64,000 nt of DNA from positions 640,001 to 704,000 of the forward strand of contig OZ241907.1 in the NCBI GenBank assembly GCA_965203515.1, written 5' to 3'. The stretch comes from Spirochaetia bacterium. GTDB taxonomy: Bacteria > Spirochaetota > Spirochaetia > SZUA-6 > Bin103. Each line of letters begins with the position of its first letter. The first letter of the stretch is position 1. The position numbers and the translations under genes were made by a program. Under the pieces are notes generated by a model. It saw only the letters and a list, made by a program, of their open reading frames with translations. It had not been told where the DNA came from and made no database searches. This document shows positions 54,701 through 63,834 of this stretch, one piece after another.

Positions 54701-55793
54701 CCGTTGCGCGGTCTTTCGCGCGGCACGCAGCTTTGGCCCCGGCGGTCTTGCCGACGACGACGTACGTACCCGTGCTCGGCAGCGGTTGTTCGAGGCGCTG
54801 CAGGCCGTTCATCTGCGCGGCGAAACGCACGTCACCGTACGCGAGCTGCGCGCCGCACTGGTCTACATCCTGTTCGGCCTGCAGTACTGCAACGACTACC
54901 ACGCTGCGGAGCAGGACGAGGCGTTGCCGTACTGGGACCGTGCCTTCGACGCCGGGTCGCGTGGCCGTCAGGGCGACGTGCTGCGTGAATTGATCCGCTT
55001 CGATCCCGCCCTCGATGCGCATCCGCACATCGACCGCGTGCTGCTGCACCCGCCGGAGGACGCCGGAGACAGCGTCGCGCCAAGACGCTCGGATGCCTCC
55101 GCCCAAGAGGAACGCCACGCGCAACTGGCTTCGGAGCGGCGCCGCGCGTACTTCGAGTGGACCTCCGCAGAGATCGCGCAGGTGGCCGGAGACCCCGAAT
55201 CGTTGGGGCTGGCTCAGGGGCGACACCTGCGTGAGTTCCGGGCCGTGGCCATCGCCGACGACGTTGCGCGCGGCAAGCTGGCCCGGCGATTGTGCGGCGG
55301 CATTTCGCGGCTCGGAGCTCTGCCGCCGCAAGCGCTGGACGCGCGCGATGCCGTGCCGCTGCTGATCACGCCGCGAACTCCCATAGATACCGCGTTCTGG
55401 GTGGAAAAGTCGCCCGCTGCTTTCCGATTGCAGCCCGAAGTCCCGGCCTCCCGCGACCTGGATCTCCTGCACCGTCAGGCAGTTCTGATCTATCGCTATC
55501 GTGACGGGCGCGAGGAGCGTCTGCGCCTCGGCTACGATCTGTTCTCCCTGCTGCTGGAGATGGAGGAAGGCTATCAGTTGGGGGACATAGCCACCGACGA
55601 CACCTTCGCTCAGCTTGCCATCTTCGTGCAGCGCCTGGTGCGCGAAGACGAACGCCGCATGATGTCGTGGAACCCGATGAGCGAGAATACGATCTATGAG
55701 CTTTCCGCCGACCTCGATGATGACGCTGCCGTCGGTCCGCGGCAGCGTCTGGCGATTACGCCGCTCGAATTGAGATCGTCCGATGCCGAATAG
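51756..55793 (+). CDS. NERD nuclease + pseudokinase + Ser/Thr kinase + P-loop NTPase fusion (Mad6/DndF-like)
   Basis: ATG 51756, 1345 aa. NERD 'EIDIV...IEVKHW'; kinase 1 'HRNL...LTGF'; kinase 2 'LGSGGVG', 'VAK', 'HGDISPRN', 'TDYD'; Walker A 'GNAGDGKT'; 'CRTC....C'. Confidence 0.85.
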   Translation: MVDRVTVIPCGPAVNESERRAIERLKAGLIGHGGDDVWVLLTNLTLSTTHRLQSDEIDIVAIGPPGVRVIEVKHWSAAWVRKNGDRVAQEADRVTAKAKKVGTMLRAKMEHLPHVAGVFLVTEDATKVQRLPEVVRGVRFHTFKTWRGAVGADASVLTAQQIGAASRMLEPRSAVSLDGELRRLGGYARLELQTDPTERFHRIYRGIHATRQERVLLHLYDLSDLSAGDVSNAEQRARRGFAAINRLQQYDWAPRIVDSFQDAPGYPEEMKFFTVADPAAPSIVDRAEDDSWSLEARFSFARDAVRAVRELHAATADDEPMLHRNLTPRTVLVRHDNSPILTGFEYARIPTEVTVASAGSNAEWDESVAPEVRSQGRGAADRRSDVYSLCASLRALFAGGDDSHAVIRILDGGTAQEPPARAELPNLDRALSALLGESVPPPPPPPARFWTEDQVVRFAGSDYRIVARLGSGGVGTTFKVVEIDRDTKEDLGTYVAKVVHDQATGERVLRAHRLVRSHLHRSSWLSMIYQVDSQWRDNGFAALLTWIEGDSLAGFAGLLSELAEDSQEASDEALALRWLRAACAALGELHRNGLVHGDISPRNLILSGADVVLTDYDCVTRVDQPLATPGTVPYCSSSCQEGLPAAPSDDLYALAASIFFVLFAKEPFQYQGVRAKERGLNWEGIPREQYPVLAEFLDRATATDRSRRYATATEALSALDSAHGEGRSVSREQDGTQETEGSEPLERHENEVEWLKSLLQSYPGSRWGNRETRGLDTDFAARTYVDTELERTLYDDLRKRRVSLVVLCGNAGDGKTAILQRLAQRLGLGDHRSAARIVNGQTDDGLTVRMNLDGSAAWEGRSAHQLLEDILEPFQHGRPGEDRAHLLAINDGRLLEWIDDAERGHDGRTPLTQALADFLEDQGKPDSHVRFVNLNQRSLVGGIAADGTSIDTRFLNDLVDGLYGGERAAATWAPCRTCSAQDRCAVFRAARSFGPGGLADDDVRTRARQRLFEALQAVHLRGETHVTVRELRAALVYILFGLQYCNDYHAAEQDEALPYWDRAFDAGSRGRQGDVLRELIRFDPALDAHPHIDRVLLHPPEDAGDSVAPRRSDASAQEERHAQLASERRRAYFEWTSAEIAQVAGDPESLGLAQGRHLREFRAVAIADDVARGKLARRLCGGISRLGALPPQALDARDAVPLLITPRTPIDTAFWVEKSPAAFRLQPEVPASRDLDLLHRQAVLIYRYRDGREERLRLGYDLFSLLLEMEEGYQLGDIATDDTFAQLAIFVQRLVREDERRMMSWNPMSENTIYELSADLDDDAAVGPRQRLAITPLELRSSDAE

Positions 55794-57585
55794 CGCCCGC
55801 GACATCTTCCGCAAAGCACTACCGGCGAACATGGCCGACGAAATCTGGTCGGCACGATACGACAAGGTGCTGCCGATTTCCTCCAATGCCTTCGATCTGT
55901 CCGCAGTGTTGCCGGCGGTGCTCTACATGTTCCGCTTCGGACAGCGGCGGGGCAGAGGGAAATTCCTTGACACGTTCGTTCCGGAAGACGGCACACGGCC
56001 CGAACGGCGAAGGAAGGCCACCGTCGACCGGGTCGCCACATCGCTGGCTTCGACGACGGACCTGCACGGGTTCGACGGCGCGGCGGAACGGGCGGTACTT
56101 GGCGACCTGCTGCTCTGCTTCGCTCTGGAAAACGTCAAGCGGGATCTCGGCAGGGACAAGCAGATTCAGCGCGTCGCGCCGGCCCACTACTTGGCGAGTT
56201 GGATCGATCTGCCGGAAAGTGTGACCGCCCTCCGCTATGTGCCGGAGATGATCGTGGCGATGCTGGCCGATCAGAAGGGCGGGCACGTAGAGCCGAGTGC
56301 CGAAGGGAATCAGACGTGGTTTGCCGTCGCGCGCGGCTTCGAGCACAACGTCCTGCTGCGCGCCTTCAGTCCGGGCATCGGCCACCGCGGCGGGTCCCTT
56401 ACTGACCGCGCTTCGGACCGCTTCGACGAAACCGACGAGTCGGTCGGTCTGGATCAGCTCCTGATGATTCGACTTGCGCAGCGGTTGGGTGAGGCCCCGG
56501 ACCGGCCGCGCGGCAGCGAAACGGCGAAGATCTCCAATCAGCGGCCGATTGCGGAGCATGCAGCGGAATATTTCTCCGAAGACATCCGCCGATTCGTCCG
56601 CGCGTACGCAACCGAGGCCCCGCGCCATGCCTTCATCGACATGCTGGAGGCATGCATCTCGATCGGCATGACGGCGATCCTCACCAGCGTAGTCGAGATG
56701 CTGTTCGCCTGGTCCGACAACGGCGCCGTTCCATCTCGGCGCGACCAGCAGCCGGCGAGCATCTTCGTAGACTGTTCCAACGGCGTCGACACGCGGCTGC
56801 GAGGGCTGGCCGAACGATCGATGGACGACCTGATGCGCCGCGTGGAGCGCGTCCCGGTCGTCCTGACCACGTTGCGGCTGCTCGACTACGTGGCCAGGTC
56901 CAACAAACGGGTAGCTACGCGGGACATCTCGACGCGGCCGTACGCTACCGAGTGGCTCAAATTGCTCGGAGACCTGTTGCATGGACGCCACGACGAAGCT
57001 CCGTTCATCCATCGACAGATGGACGATCATAGCGAGACACTTGCCGAGCAGTTGGAGGCCGATTACCCGGCCGCGGCTGAGGTGCTGCGTGACGAAGAGA
57101 GTGAGCCCAACCCGATCCGTCGCCTCGCCGCTGCCGTGACGCCACTCATGGGACTACGCGGCAATCTGATCGGGATGGTGGACTCGACGCTGCAAGTCGG
57201 GCGGCCGAACGCCCTGGCGCTCAAGCGCGTCACCACCCGCGGCGCAAGTACCGCCGGCTCCGGCCGGCGCCGGCGCGACGTCCGCGCGCTGGTCATGGGC
57301 GACTCGGCGCTGGACTATCTGGTGCATCTGCACCTGCTGCGCAGCGGCAACGCCGGACTGGGACTGCGCGCCCTGTCGCTGATGAAATTTCTGCGCCGAA
57401 TTCGCGAGCGCTACGGATTTCACGTCGATACCGCTCCTTCCGGGACGGCCATCTCCAACGAGTTGCTGCAACAGAATCGCCGGTTCCTGGAACGACGGCT
57501 GCGCGATCTTGGACTCCTGGTAGGCGTGAACGACGCTGAAGCCATGAAACGGCTGCAGCCTCGCTTCGCGCCGAAGGAGATCTGA
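55783..57585 (+). CDS. Hypothetical defence protein (Mad7/DndG-like)
   Basis: 600 aa, no obvious catalytic motif; C-terminal 'FL..IRERYG...N..FLERRLRDLGLL..VNDA' recalls DndG/Mad7 C-termini; positional homology. Confidence 0.6.
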   Translation: MPNSARDIFRKALPANMADEIWSARYDKVLPISSNAFDLSAVLPAVLYMFRFGQRRGRGKFLDTFVPEDGTRPERRRKATVDRVATSLASTTDLHGFDGAAERAVLGDLLLCFALENVKRDLGRDKQIQRVAPAHYLASWIDLPESVTALRYVPEMIVAMLADQKGGHVEPSAEGNQTWFAVARGFEHNVLLRAFSPGIGHRGGSLTDRASDRFDETDESVGLDQLLMIRLAQRLGEAPDRPRGSETAKISNQRPIAEHAAEYFSEDIRRFVRAYATEAPRHAFIDMLEACISIGMTAILTSVVEMLFAWSDNGAVPSRRDQQPASIFVDCSNGVDTRLRGLAERSMDDLMRRVERVPVVLTTLRLLDYVARSNKRVATRDISTRPYATEWLKLLGDLLHGRHDEAPFIHRQMDDHSETLAEQLEADYPAAAEVLRDEESEPNPIRRLAAAVTPLMGLRGNLIGMVDSTLQVGRPNALALKRVTTRGASTAGSGRRRRDVRALVMGDSALDYLVHLHLLRSGNAGLGLRALSLMKFLRRIRERYGFHVDTAPSGTAISNELLQQNRRFLERRLRDLGLLVGVNDAEAMKRLQPRFAPKEI

Positions 57586-57586
57586 C

Positions 57587-60500
57587 GTGGCAGGAACCAC
57601 CCTGCATGGCCCGCTTCTGGCACAGGCGTTGGCCCGTGCGCTTGGCGAGCCGCAACCGGGCGCCATCGCCTACGTCCGCTGCCTGACCCCGGACGTAGTC
57701 GAGCGGCTCGCCGCGGACGCCGGCTTCGAGCCCGAAGGGTGGGTGGTGTGGCGGGTCACCGATCGCGAGGAGGACGGCTTGCGCACGCTCACTGCCGACC
57801 GGGCGGTCGAGCTGCGCGAAGGCAAGGGCGACGCCATGGTGCTGCTGGTCGATACCGGTCGCGCCGGCGCCGGTATGGACGGCATCTACAGCGCCGGGCG
57901 GGAGGTCGACGAGGCCGGTCTGTTTCGGGCGGCGTGGAGCCTTGCGGCCGCGGCGATCACCAAGCGCAAGTCGGCGGCGGCGCGCCGCTACGCGGAGGAC
58001 GCGCTCAGGGCGGCGAGACGTGGCGCGGGTGGCCGAGATGCCGTTTCGCCCTGGACGGCGTTCGATTACCTGTGTCGCGTCGCCGTCGGCGAACAGCCGC
58101 CGGGCGCATATCTGAACCTGATCGGTCTCTGGCCGATTCGCGGCGGCGTCGAGGGATTCGACCATAAGGCGGCACTGAACGACTCCCGGCGGTTCGTGGA
58201 CCGACTGTTGGCAGCCGCCAGCCTCGCGCCCGCCGCCCGGATCGAGTCGTTGCGGCTGGATGAGGAGTCACGGCAGCGTCACGCGCAACTCGCGCGCTTT
58301 CTGCATGCCGCGGACGCCAAGCAGCACCTGCACGATGCCCTGAACGAGCTGGCAGCGCAGGAGGAACTGTGGGTCGGCTCACTGCGCAGGGAAGTGTCGC
58401 CGTCCATCAAGGCGATCGAACTGACGCCGTGGCGCAACCGTAGCGGCAAGGTCCACCGCTGGTCGGGATTGACGGAAGATGACGATGCGGAAGGTCCACC
58501 GGTGCTGATCCTGGGCACGGACCAAGACCGGCAGGGCGCCACCCTCGAAGTCCGCTGGAAGGCCGATCCCGGCGACCTCGAACGGAGCGCGGTCGACTAT
58601 CGGGTGGTGATCCGGACCAGCCTGGACGAGGAACTTGCCGTTCAGGACGTTCCGCACTCCGCCAGACCGGGCGGCGAAAAATGTCGGTTCAGCCCTGACG
58701 ACTTTGCATCCCTGCCCGACGACGCGGTGCAGCCGGCCAAGGTGGTCGTGGAGGTGATCGGCGATCAACCGGGGCGGATCGAACCGCAGGAGAGCGAGGA
58801 TTTCGTCATCCGCTTCGATGAGTCGCCCGTGCCAGAGCCTAGCGTCGGCAAAGTGGAGCGGACGTTCAGCGAGGGGCTGGCCAGCCTGCGGAGTCGCGAC
58901 GCCGTGGCCGAGATCGCAACGAGTCCGTCGTTGGCGGCCGGTAGCGGTTCCGTGGGTTACGTCACGCTACGCACGCCGGTCGAGCAGGGGCGGCGCCGGA
59001 GCTTTCGGGTGCTTCGCCCGTCCTTGATCGCCGAGGTTGAAGAAGACTGGGCGACCCATGATGGCCGGATCGGGCGCTGGGAGCTCAAGGTGCGGAGCTC
59101 GGGGGAGCGCGCCGGCCGCGCCCGGTTCAGGCCGCTGGCCGGCGCCGGGCCGGCATGGGAACGGGCCGGCGCCGCCAGCCGCAAAATCGCCGAACGGTTC
59201 GCCAAGACTCATGGCGGGGTCGCACAGGCATACGACGAGCGCTGCAAGCCGTTCGATCTCATCAGAGAGTACCTGCGCGCGTGGTTGGCGCTGTTGGAAG
59301 GCGGCGATCCGACACACGCCTTCGCCCATACCGTCGAGGTTCAGTCGCTTTCCGGACGCCCGATCGGCCTGATCGTGATGCCGGCCCATCCACTGCGGGT
59401 GGCGTGGCACGCGGCTTACGACAATCTCGTGCTGCACGCCACGTTCGAGCAGGGCGCGTCGGCCAGCGACATCCGGAGGGAACTGAAGGGGCTCGACGGC
59501 GCCATGTTCCCGGCGTTCCTGCCCAATCCGCACGGCGGCGCGTTCGTGTTCGCCGACACGCTGGGCTTTCATGCGGTCGGCATGGTGCCGGATCGCGACC
59601 CTGAGCCGAAAGCCGCCGTGGCGGTGCTGGCGCGTGCCTTCGGAGACAACACCGCGGCCGACGCCGCGTCCACGGTGGGCGGGCAGAGCGCCGCGGTGTT
59701 GGGAAGCGAAATCGTCAAGTACCTGTCGTGCCACGACACGGCGCGATTGCTGCGCGTGCACGCCCTGCGTGCCGGCGACGGCATGACGGTGGCGCGGGCG
59801 CTTGGCGAGGTCCATCACTACTACGCCCCCGCGGACGACGATGCGGAGGAGGCGGATACGCCGCTGGCTGCGCCGGTGTTCTCGCTGGAGCTGTATCCGT
59901 CAACGGATCAGCGCGGCGTCACCGGGCGCTTCATCGCCGACGCGCGCGAGAAGCGGCGCAGCGGCGCCGGGGCGCTGGCCGAGAGAGACCGTTGGATGCT
60001 GGAATCGCTGAGTCTTCCCGGCGGCGTCAATCTGCCCCGGCTGCGCTGGGCGCGCAAGGATCAGCAGGAGCCCAAGACGGCAGCGCACGTGGCGATCGCG
60101 TTCGATACCTTCGAGTCCCGGGTGATCGCCGGCCACTCGCCCGCGGCTCCTGCGTCCCGTGCCTGGCACGCGTTCGGGTTGTTGTCGTTCTACGAACGCC
60201 GGTACACGAGCGCGCCGGGACCCCAATGGACCAGCAGCGCCGTGCCCGCGAGCAAGGGCGAAAAGCATCCGTCCGGCAGGAGTCACACCGACACCCTCAC
60301 TCGGCTGCAGGAGGCGCTGCATCGGACGGTCGCTCACCATCTGGGCGCGGCGTCGGGTGTGCCCGTGTTACGAACGGAGATATCCGACGACAAGACGGAC
60401 AGCCTCCAAGCGTTGCACCGATTGTGCGACTGGGTGGTGACGCTGGACCGGAACGCGGGCATCGAGTACTTCGATTCGCCGCGCGACCATCAGGATATCT

Positions 60501-62548
60501 ACAAGACCTACGTGATCGACTGCGTGCCGGAGCGCGAGGATCTCGGCTGCCTGCAGATGATCACCTCCACCGCCAACTTGGCGGAGGTCCGCAGTCTGCT
60601 CGACCGCGCCCTCGACCGGATGGGATTGAGCCGCAGCCTCCGCAATGCGGAGTTCCTGATGGCGCACTTGAAGGCTCTCAGCGGCCGGCTCGCCATCCGT
60701 CTCACCGGCCACCGTCCGGCCACATCCGAACTGATCGCTCTGGCCGTAGCTCACGCCCACTGTACGGCTGCCGCGCCGGATGACGACTGCTGGCTGCCGC
60801 TCCGGGACGGATTCATCGTTCCGGCCGACGACGTACGGGATATGCTGCCACCGCTGTCGGCGGCGGACGACGGGGATGACGCGGGTGAACAGGTGAACGT
60901 GCGCCCCGATCTGATCCATGTCTCGACCCGGCCGCGCGGCGGGCTGCGGTTGCGCTTCATCGAGGTGAAGTACCGCCGTCACCTGCGGACGGCGCGAGCG
61001 CCTGAGATGCTCGACGGCATCCGTCGACAAACCGAAGGACTCCGCTCGCGGTGGGAGAAGTGGTACGATCACGAGAACGTCTGCGCCGCGTTCCGGGCGA
61101 TCCGCCGCGCCAAGCTGGCGCGCGTGCTGCGCTTCTACGCCGACAAGGCGCATCGACACGGTCTGCCGGTGGAACGACACGCGGCGCTGGTCGCCGAGAT
61201 CGACCGCATGGTCGAACGCGGCGGAGACTACGCCTTCGCAACCGATACGGATGACCGGGGCTGGGTATTCTGCCCGGACTACGGGAGCGAGCGGCCGCTG
61301 CTGATCTCCCCGAACGAGTGGGAGACTAAGATATACCTGTTCGGTCCGGGCCGCCTGCCGGACTCGGACTTCCGCCTCGAGCCGGCTCCGGCGGAACCAT
61401 CGACGAACCGACCGGTCGCACCCACGACCGAGGCTCAGCCCAGCCCGGACGCGTCGGCCTCCCTCGACACGGCGAACGTGTCGGCCGACGATGCGGAGCA
61501 GACTTCACCCGCCGTGTGTCTCGGCACCGACGCCCGTACCAACGGCGGCGTCGACTGGACGCTGACGGTGCGCGGCAATCCCCACCTCCTGATCGCCGGA
61601 CTGCCGGGGATGGGGAAGACCACCTGTCTGCTGAGCCTGTGCCGGCAGCTGGTGGCGGCGCAAGTGCGGCCGATCGTCTTCTCCTACCATCAGGACATCG
61701 ACGAACGGCTCGCCGAGACCGTCGAGTCCGTGCGCTTCATCGACTTCGACGGACTCGGCTTCCATCCCCTGCAGGTAGTCGACCGCACCGCGCGGGTGCC
61801 GCATCTGGACATTGCGGCCGACCTGCGGGACATCTTCACGGCCATCTATCCCGAGCTCGGAGACCTCCAGGGAGAGCGCATCCGGACCGCCGTCAAGGAG
61901 AGCTTCGTGGAGGCGGGGTGGGGACCCGACGGAGCGTCCGCAGACGCGGCCGAGCCGGAGTTCGTCCGTTTCGTCGAGATTCTGCGCGCCACCCCCAAGC
62001 CCGACCGCGGTCTGAACACGCTGCTCGCCCGGCTCAACGAACTCGACGACTACGGATTCTTTCACGTCCGGGAGTCGCACCGCAGCCTGTGGGACCACGA
62101 CCGGCCCACCGTCATCCGCATCCATACGACGCAGAACGAGAACCTGCAGCGGGCGTTCGCATCGCTGGTGTTCTACGGCCTGTACAAGGAGATGTTCCGG
62201 CGCGGCGTTCAGGGACGCATCACCCACGCGCTGGTGTTCGACGAGGCGCACCGTGCGGCGCGGTTGCGGCTCATTCCGACGATGGCCAAGGAGTGCCGCA
62301 AGTACGGCATCTCCCTGGTGCTGGCGTCTCAGGAGGCGCGCGACTTCAACGTCTCGGTATTCTCGGCGATCGCCAACTACCTGGTCCTGCGCCTCACCGA
62401 GACCGATGCCCGGTTCCTGGTCAGGAACGTCTCCAACTCCCAACAGGAGCGGGCGCTGATCGACCGGATCAAGCAGATGGACCGCTTCAAGGGCCTGTTC
62501 TTCACCGAGGGCAGGAGCCGGCCGTCGACCGTGAGCTTGGCGCCGTAG
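57587..62548 (+). CDS. Large protein with PD-(D/E)XK nuclease motif and C-terminal HerA/FtsK-type ATPase (Mad8/DndH-like)
   Basis: 'RPDLI...FIEVK'; 'NPHLLIAGLPGMGKT', 'LVFDEAH', 'KECRKYG..LVLASQ'; AAGGAG SD before GTG. Confidence 0.8.
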   Translation: MAGTTLHGPLLAQALARALGEPQPGAIAYVRCLTPDVVERLAADAGFEPEGWVVWRVTDREEDGLRTLTADRAVELREGKGDAMVLLVDTGRAGAGMDGIYSAGREVDEAGLFRAAWSLAAAAITKRKSAAARRYAEDALRAARRGAGGRDAVSPWTAFDYLCRVAVGEQPPGAYLNLIGLWPIRGGVEGFDHKAALNDSRRFVDRLLAAASLAPAARIESLRLDEESRQRHAQLARFLHAADAKQHLHDALNELAAQEELWVGSLRREVSPSIKAIELTPWRNRSGKVHRWSGLTEDDDAEGPPVLILGTDQDRQGATLEVRWKADPGDLERSAVDYRVVIRTSLDEELAVQDVPHSARPGGEKCRFSPDDFASLPDDAVQPAKVVVEVIGDQPGRIEPQESEDFVIRFDESPVPEPSVGKVERTFSEGLASLRSRDAVAEIATSPSLAAGSGSVGYVTLRTPVEQGRRRSFRVLRPSLIAEVEEDWATHDGRIGRWELKVRSSGERAGRARFRPLAGAGPAWERAGAASRKIAERFAKTHGGVAQAYDERCKPFDLIREYLRAWLALLEGGDPTHAFAHTVEVQSLSGRPIGLIVMPAHPLRVAWHAAYDNLVLHATFEQGASASDIRRELKGLDGAMFPAFLPNPHGGAFVFADTLGFHAVGMVPDRDPEPKAAVAVLARAFGDNTAADAASTVGGQSAAVLGSEIVKYLSCHDTARLLRVHALRAGDGMTVARALGEVHHYYAPADDDAEEADTPLAAPVFSLELYPSTDQRGVTGRFIADAREKRRSGAGALAERDRWMLESLSLPGGVNLPRLRWARKDQQEPKTAAHVAIAFDTFESRVIAGHSPAAPASRAWHAFGLLSFYERRYTSAPGPQWTSSAVPASKGEKHPSGRSHTDTLTRLQEALHRTVAHHLGAASGVPVLRTEISDDKTDSLQALHRLCDWVVTLDRNAGIEYFDSPRDHQDIYKTYVIDCVPEREDLGCLQMITSTANLAEVRSLLDRALDRMGLSRSLRNAEFLMAHLKALSGRLAIRLTGHRPATSELIALAVAHAHCTAAAPDDDCWLPLRDGFIVPADDVRDMLPPLSAADDGDDAGEQVNVRPDLIHVSTRPRGGLRLRFIEVKYRRHLRTARAPEMLDGIRRQTEGLRSRWEKWYDHENVCAAFRAIRRAKLARVLRFYADKAHRHGLPVERHAALVAEIDRMVERGGDYAFATDTDDRGWVFCPDYGSERPLLISPNEWETKIYLFGPGRLPDSDFRLEPAPAEPSTNRPVAPTTEAQPSPDASASLDTANVSADDAEQTSPAVCLGTDARTNGGVDWTLTVRGNPHLLIAGLPGMGKTTCLLSLCRQLVAAQVRPIVFSYHQDIDERLAETVESVRFIDFDGLGFHPLQVVDRTARVPHLDIAADLRDIFTAIYPELGDLQGERIRTAVKESFVEAGWGPDGASADAAEPEFVRFVEILRATPKPDRGLNTLLARLNELDDYGFFHVRESHRSLWDHDRPTVIRIHTTQNENLQRAFASLVFYGLYKEMFRRGVQGRITHALVFDEAHRAARLRLIPTMAKECRKYGISLVLASQEARDFNVSVFSAIANYLVLRLTETDARFLVRNVSNSQQERALIDRIKQMDRFKGLFFTEGRSRPSTVSLAP

Positions 62549-62595
62549 GTGTGGACGCGGCCGGCCAGCCGGCTCCGCTGACTGAGGGGACTACG

Positions 62596-63834
62596 TTGAT
62601 TTCATCGCTTCGATTGGTCGATTTCAAGAACTTCGCCGACGAGACGTTGCGGCTCGGACCGTTCAGCATGATCGTCGGAACCAACGCCAGCGGCAAGAGC
62701 AACATTCGCGACGCGTTTCGCTTCCTGCACGGCATCGGCCGGGGCTATACGCTACCGGAGATAGTTGGCGGAAAATGGGGAGCAGGCGGCCAGCGGGAAT
62801 GGCAGCCGATCCGGGGCGCCGCTCATGAGGTCGCGCGCCTCGATTCTCGATCTTCGACATTCGCATTCCATATGGAACTGCGGGGTGACGATCAGCCGAT
62901 CTCCTACTCGATTGAAATATATTTCGATCCGATCGGTCCCCTCTATGAGGTCAAACACGAGGCGGTCAGGCTGCTTCCACCCGCGGAACTGAGTGACCCT
63001 AGGGACAACTGTTGGCAGACGATTTATGAAACGAAGTCCGTGGACGACTGGCATTGGGTCGATTTTATCGATGACGGGTACGAACAGTTCACCCGGGACA
63101 AGCCGGCTCTGACTCAGCTTGAGCCCCCGCAGGAATCGGCCGTGCAGAGTGTGTCCCAGGCGCTCGTCGGCATGCGCTTTTGGGATCTGTCGCCGGAACT
63201 GATGCGCTATCCGGCGTATCCCGGTACGCCGTTGGGAGACCGGGGCGAGAACCTGCCGGCGGTGCTGGAGCAGACGTGCGCCGATCCCGAGCTGCGATCG
63301 ACGCTGGTATCGTGGCTGCAGGAACTGACGCCCATGGACGTGTCCGATCTCGAGTTTCCGCGCGATCCGAGCGGTTACGTGCACCTCATGCTCTGCGAGA
63401 GGAACGGCAGAAAGATATCTGCCGACAGCGCGTCGGACGGGACGCTGCGCTTCCTGGCGATGCTGGCGGTGCTGCTGGGCAAGGACCCTCCCGGTCTCTG
63501 TTTCTTCGAGGAGATCGATAACGGCATCCATCCGGCGAGACTGAACCTGTTGATGGATTTGATCGAACGACAGACCGAGAAGCGCGGCATTCAGGTGCTC
63601 ACCACCACCCATGCATCAACCATGCTGACGGTGATGGGTGATGGTACCTTCGCCAACACGTCGGTGGTGTCTCGTCTGGAAAATAGTGCCGACGCCATCA
63701 TCCGCCGTGTTGCCGACCTTGACGATGCACCGAAGCTGCGACATGAACAAGGCGTCGGGCGACTTCATGAATCCGGCTGGTTGGAGGACGCGTTGTTCTT
63801 TACGGAAAGACCTGACGAGGAGGCCGACGCGTGA
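62596..63834 (+). CDS. ABC-type (AAA_21-like) ATPase
   Basis: GAGGGG SD + TTG 62596; 'FKNF', 'GTNASGKSN', 'SDGTLR', 'FFEEIDNGIHP', 'TTH'. Confidence 0.88.
   Translation: MISSLRLVDFKNFADETLRLGPFSMIVGTNASGKSNIRDAFRFLHGIGRGYTLPEIVGGKWGAGGQREWQPIRGAAHEVARLDSRSSTFAFHMELRGDDQPISYSIEIYFDPIGPLYEVKHEAVRLLPPAELSDPRDNCWQTIYETKSVDDWHWVDFIDDGYEQFTRDKPALTQLEPPQESAVQSVSQALVGMRFWDLSPELMRYPAYPGTPLGDRGENLPAVLEQTCADPELRSTLVSWLQELTPMDVSDLEFPRDPSGYVHLMLCERNGRKISADSASDGTLRFLAMLAVLLGKDPPGLCFFEEIDNGIHPARLNLLMDLIERQTEKRGIQVLTTTHASTMLTVMGDGTFANTSVVSRLENSADAIIRRVADLDDAPKLRHEQGVGRLHESGWLEDALFFTERPDEEADA

Noticed and set aside
51756..55793. BREX type 2 PglW
   Set aside because: Shares NERD + two kinase domains, but here a P-loop domain follows and the neighbours are not pglX/pglY/pglZ.
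51756..62548. Canonical Dnd phosphorothioate system
   Set aside because: No dndA-E genes in the window, and canonical DndF lacks NERD/kinase domains.
61516..62595. 772-aa version of the last ATPase
   Set aside because: The upstream part overlaps the HerA-domain gene out of frame; SD + TTG at 62596 fits the family N-terminus.
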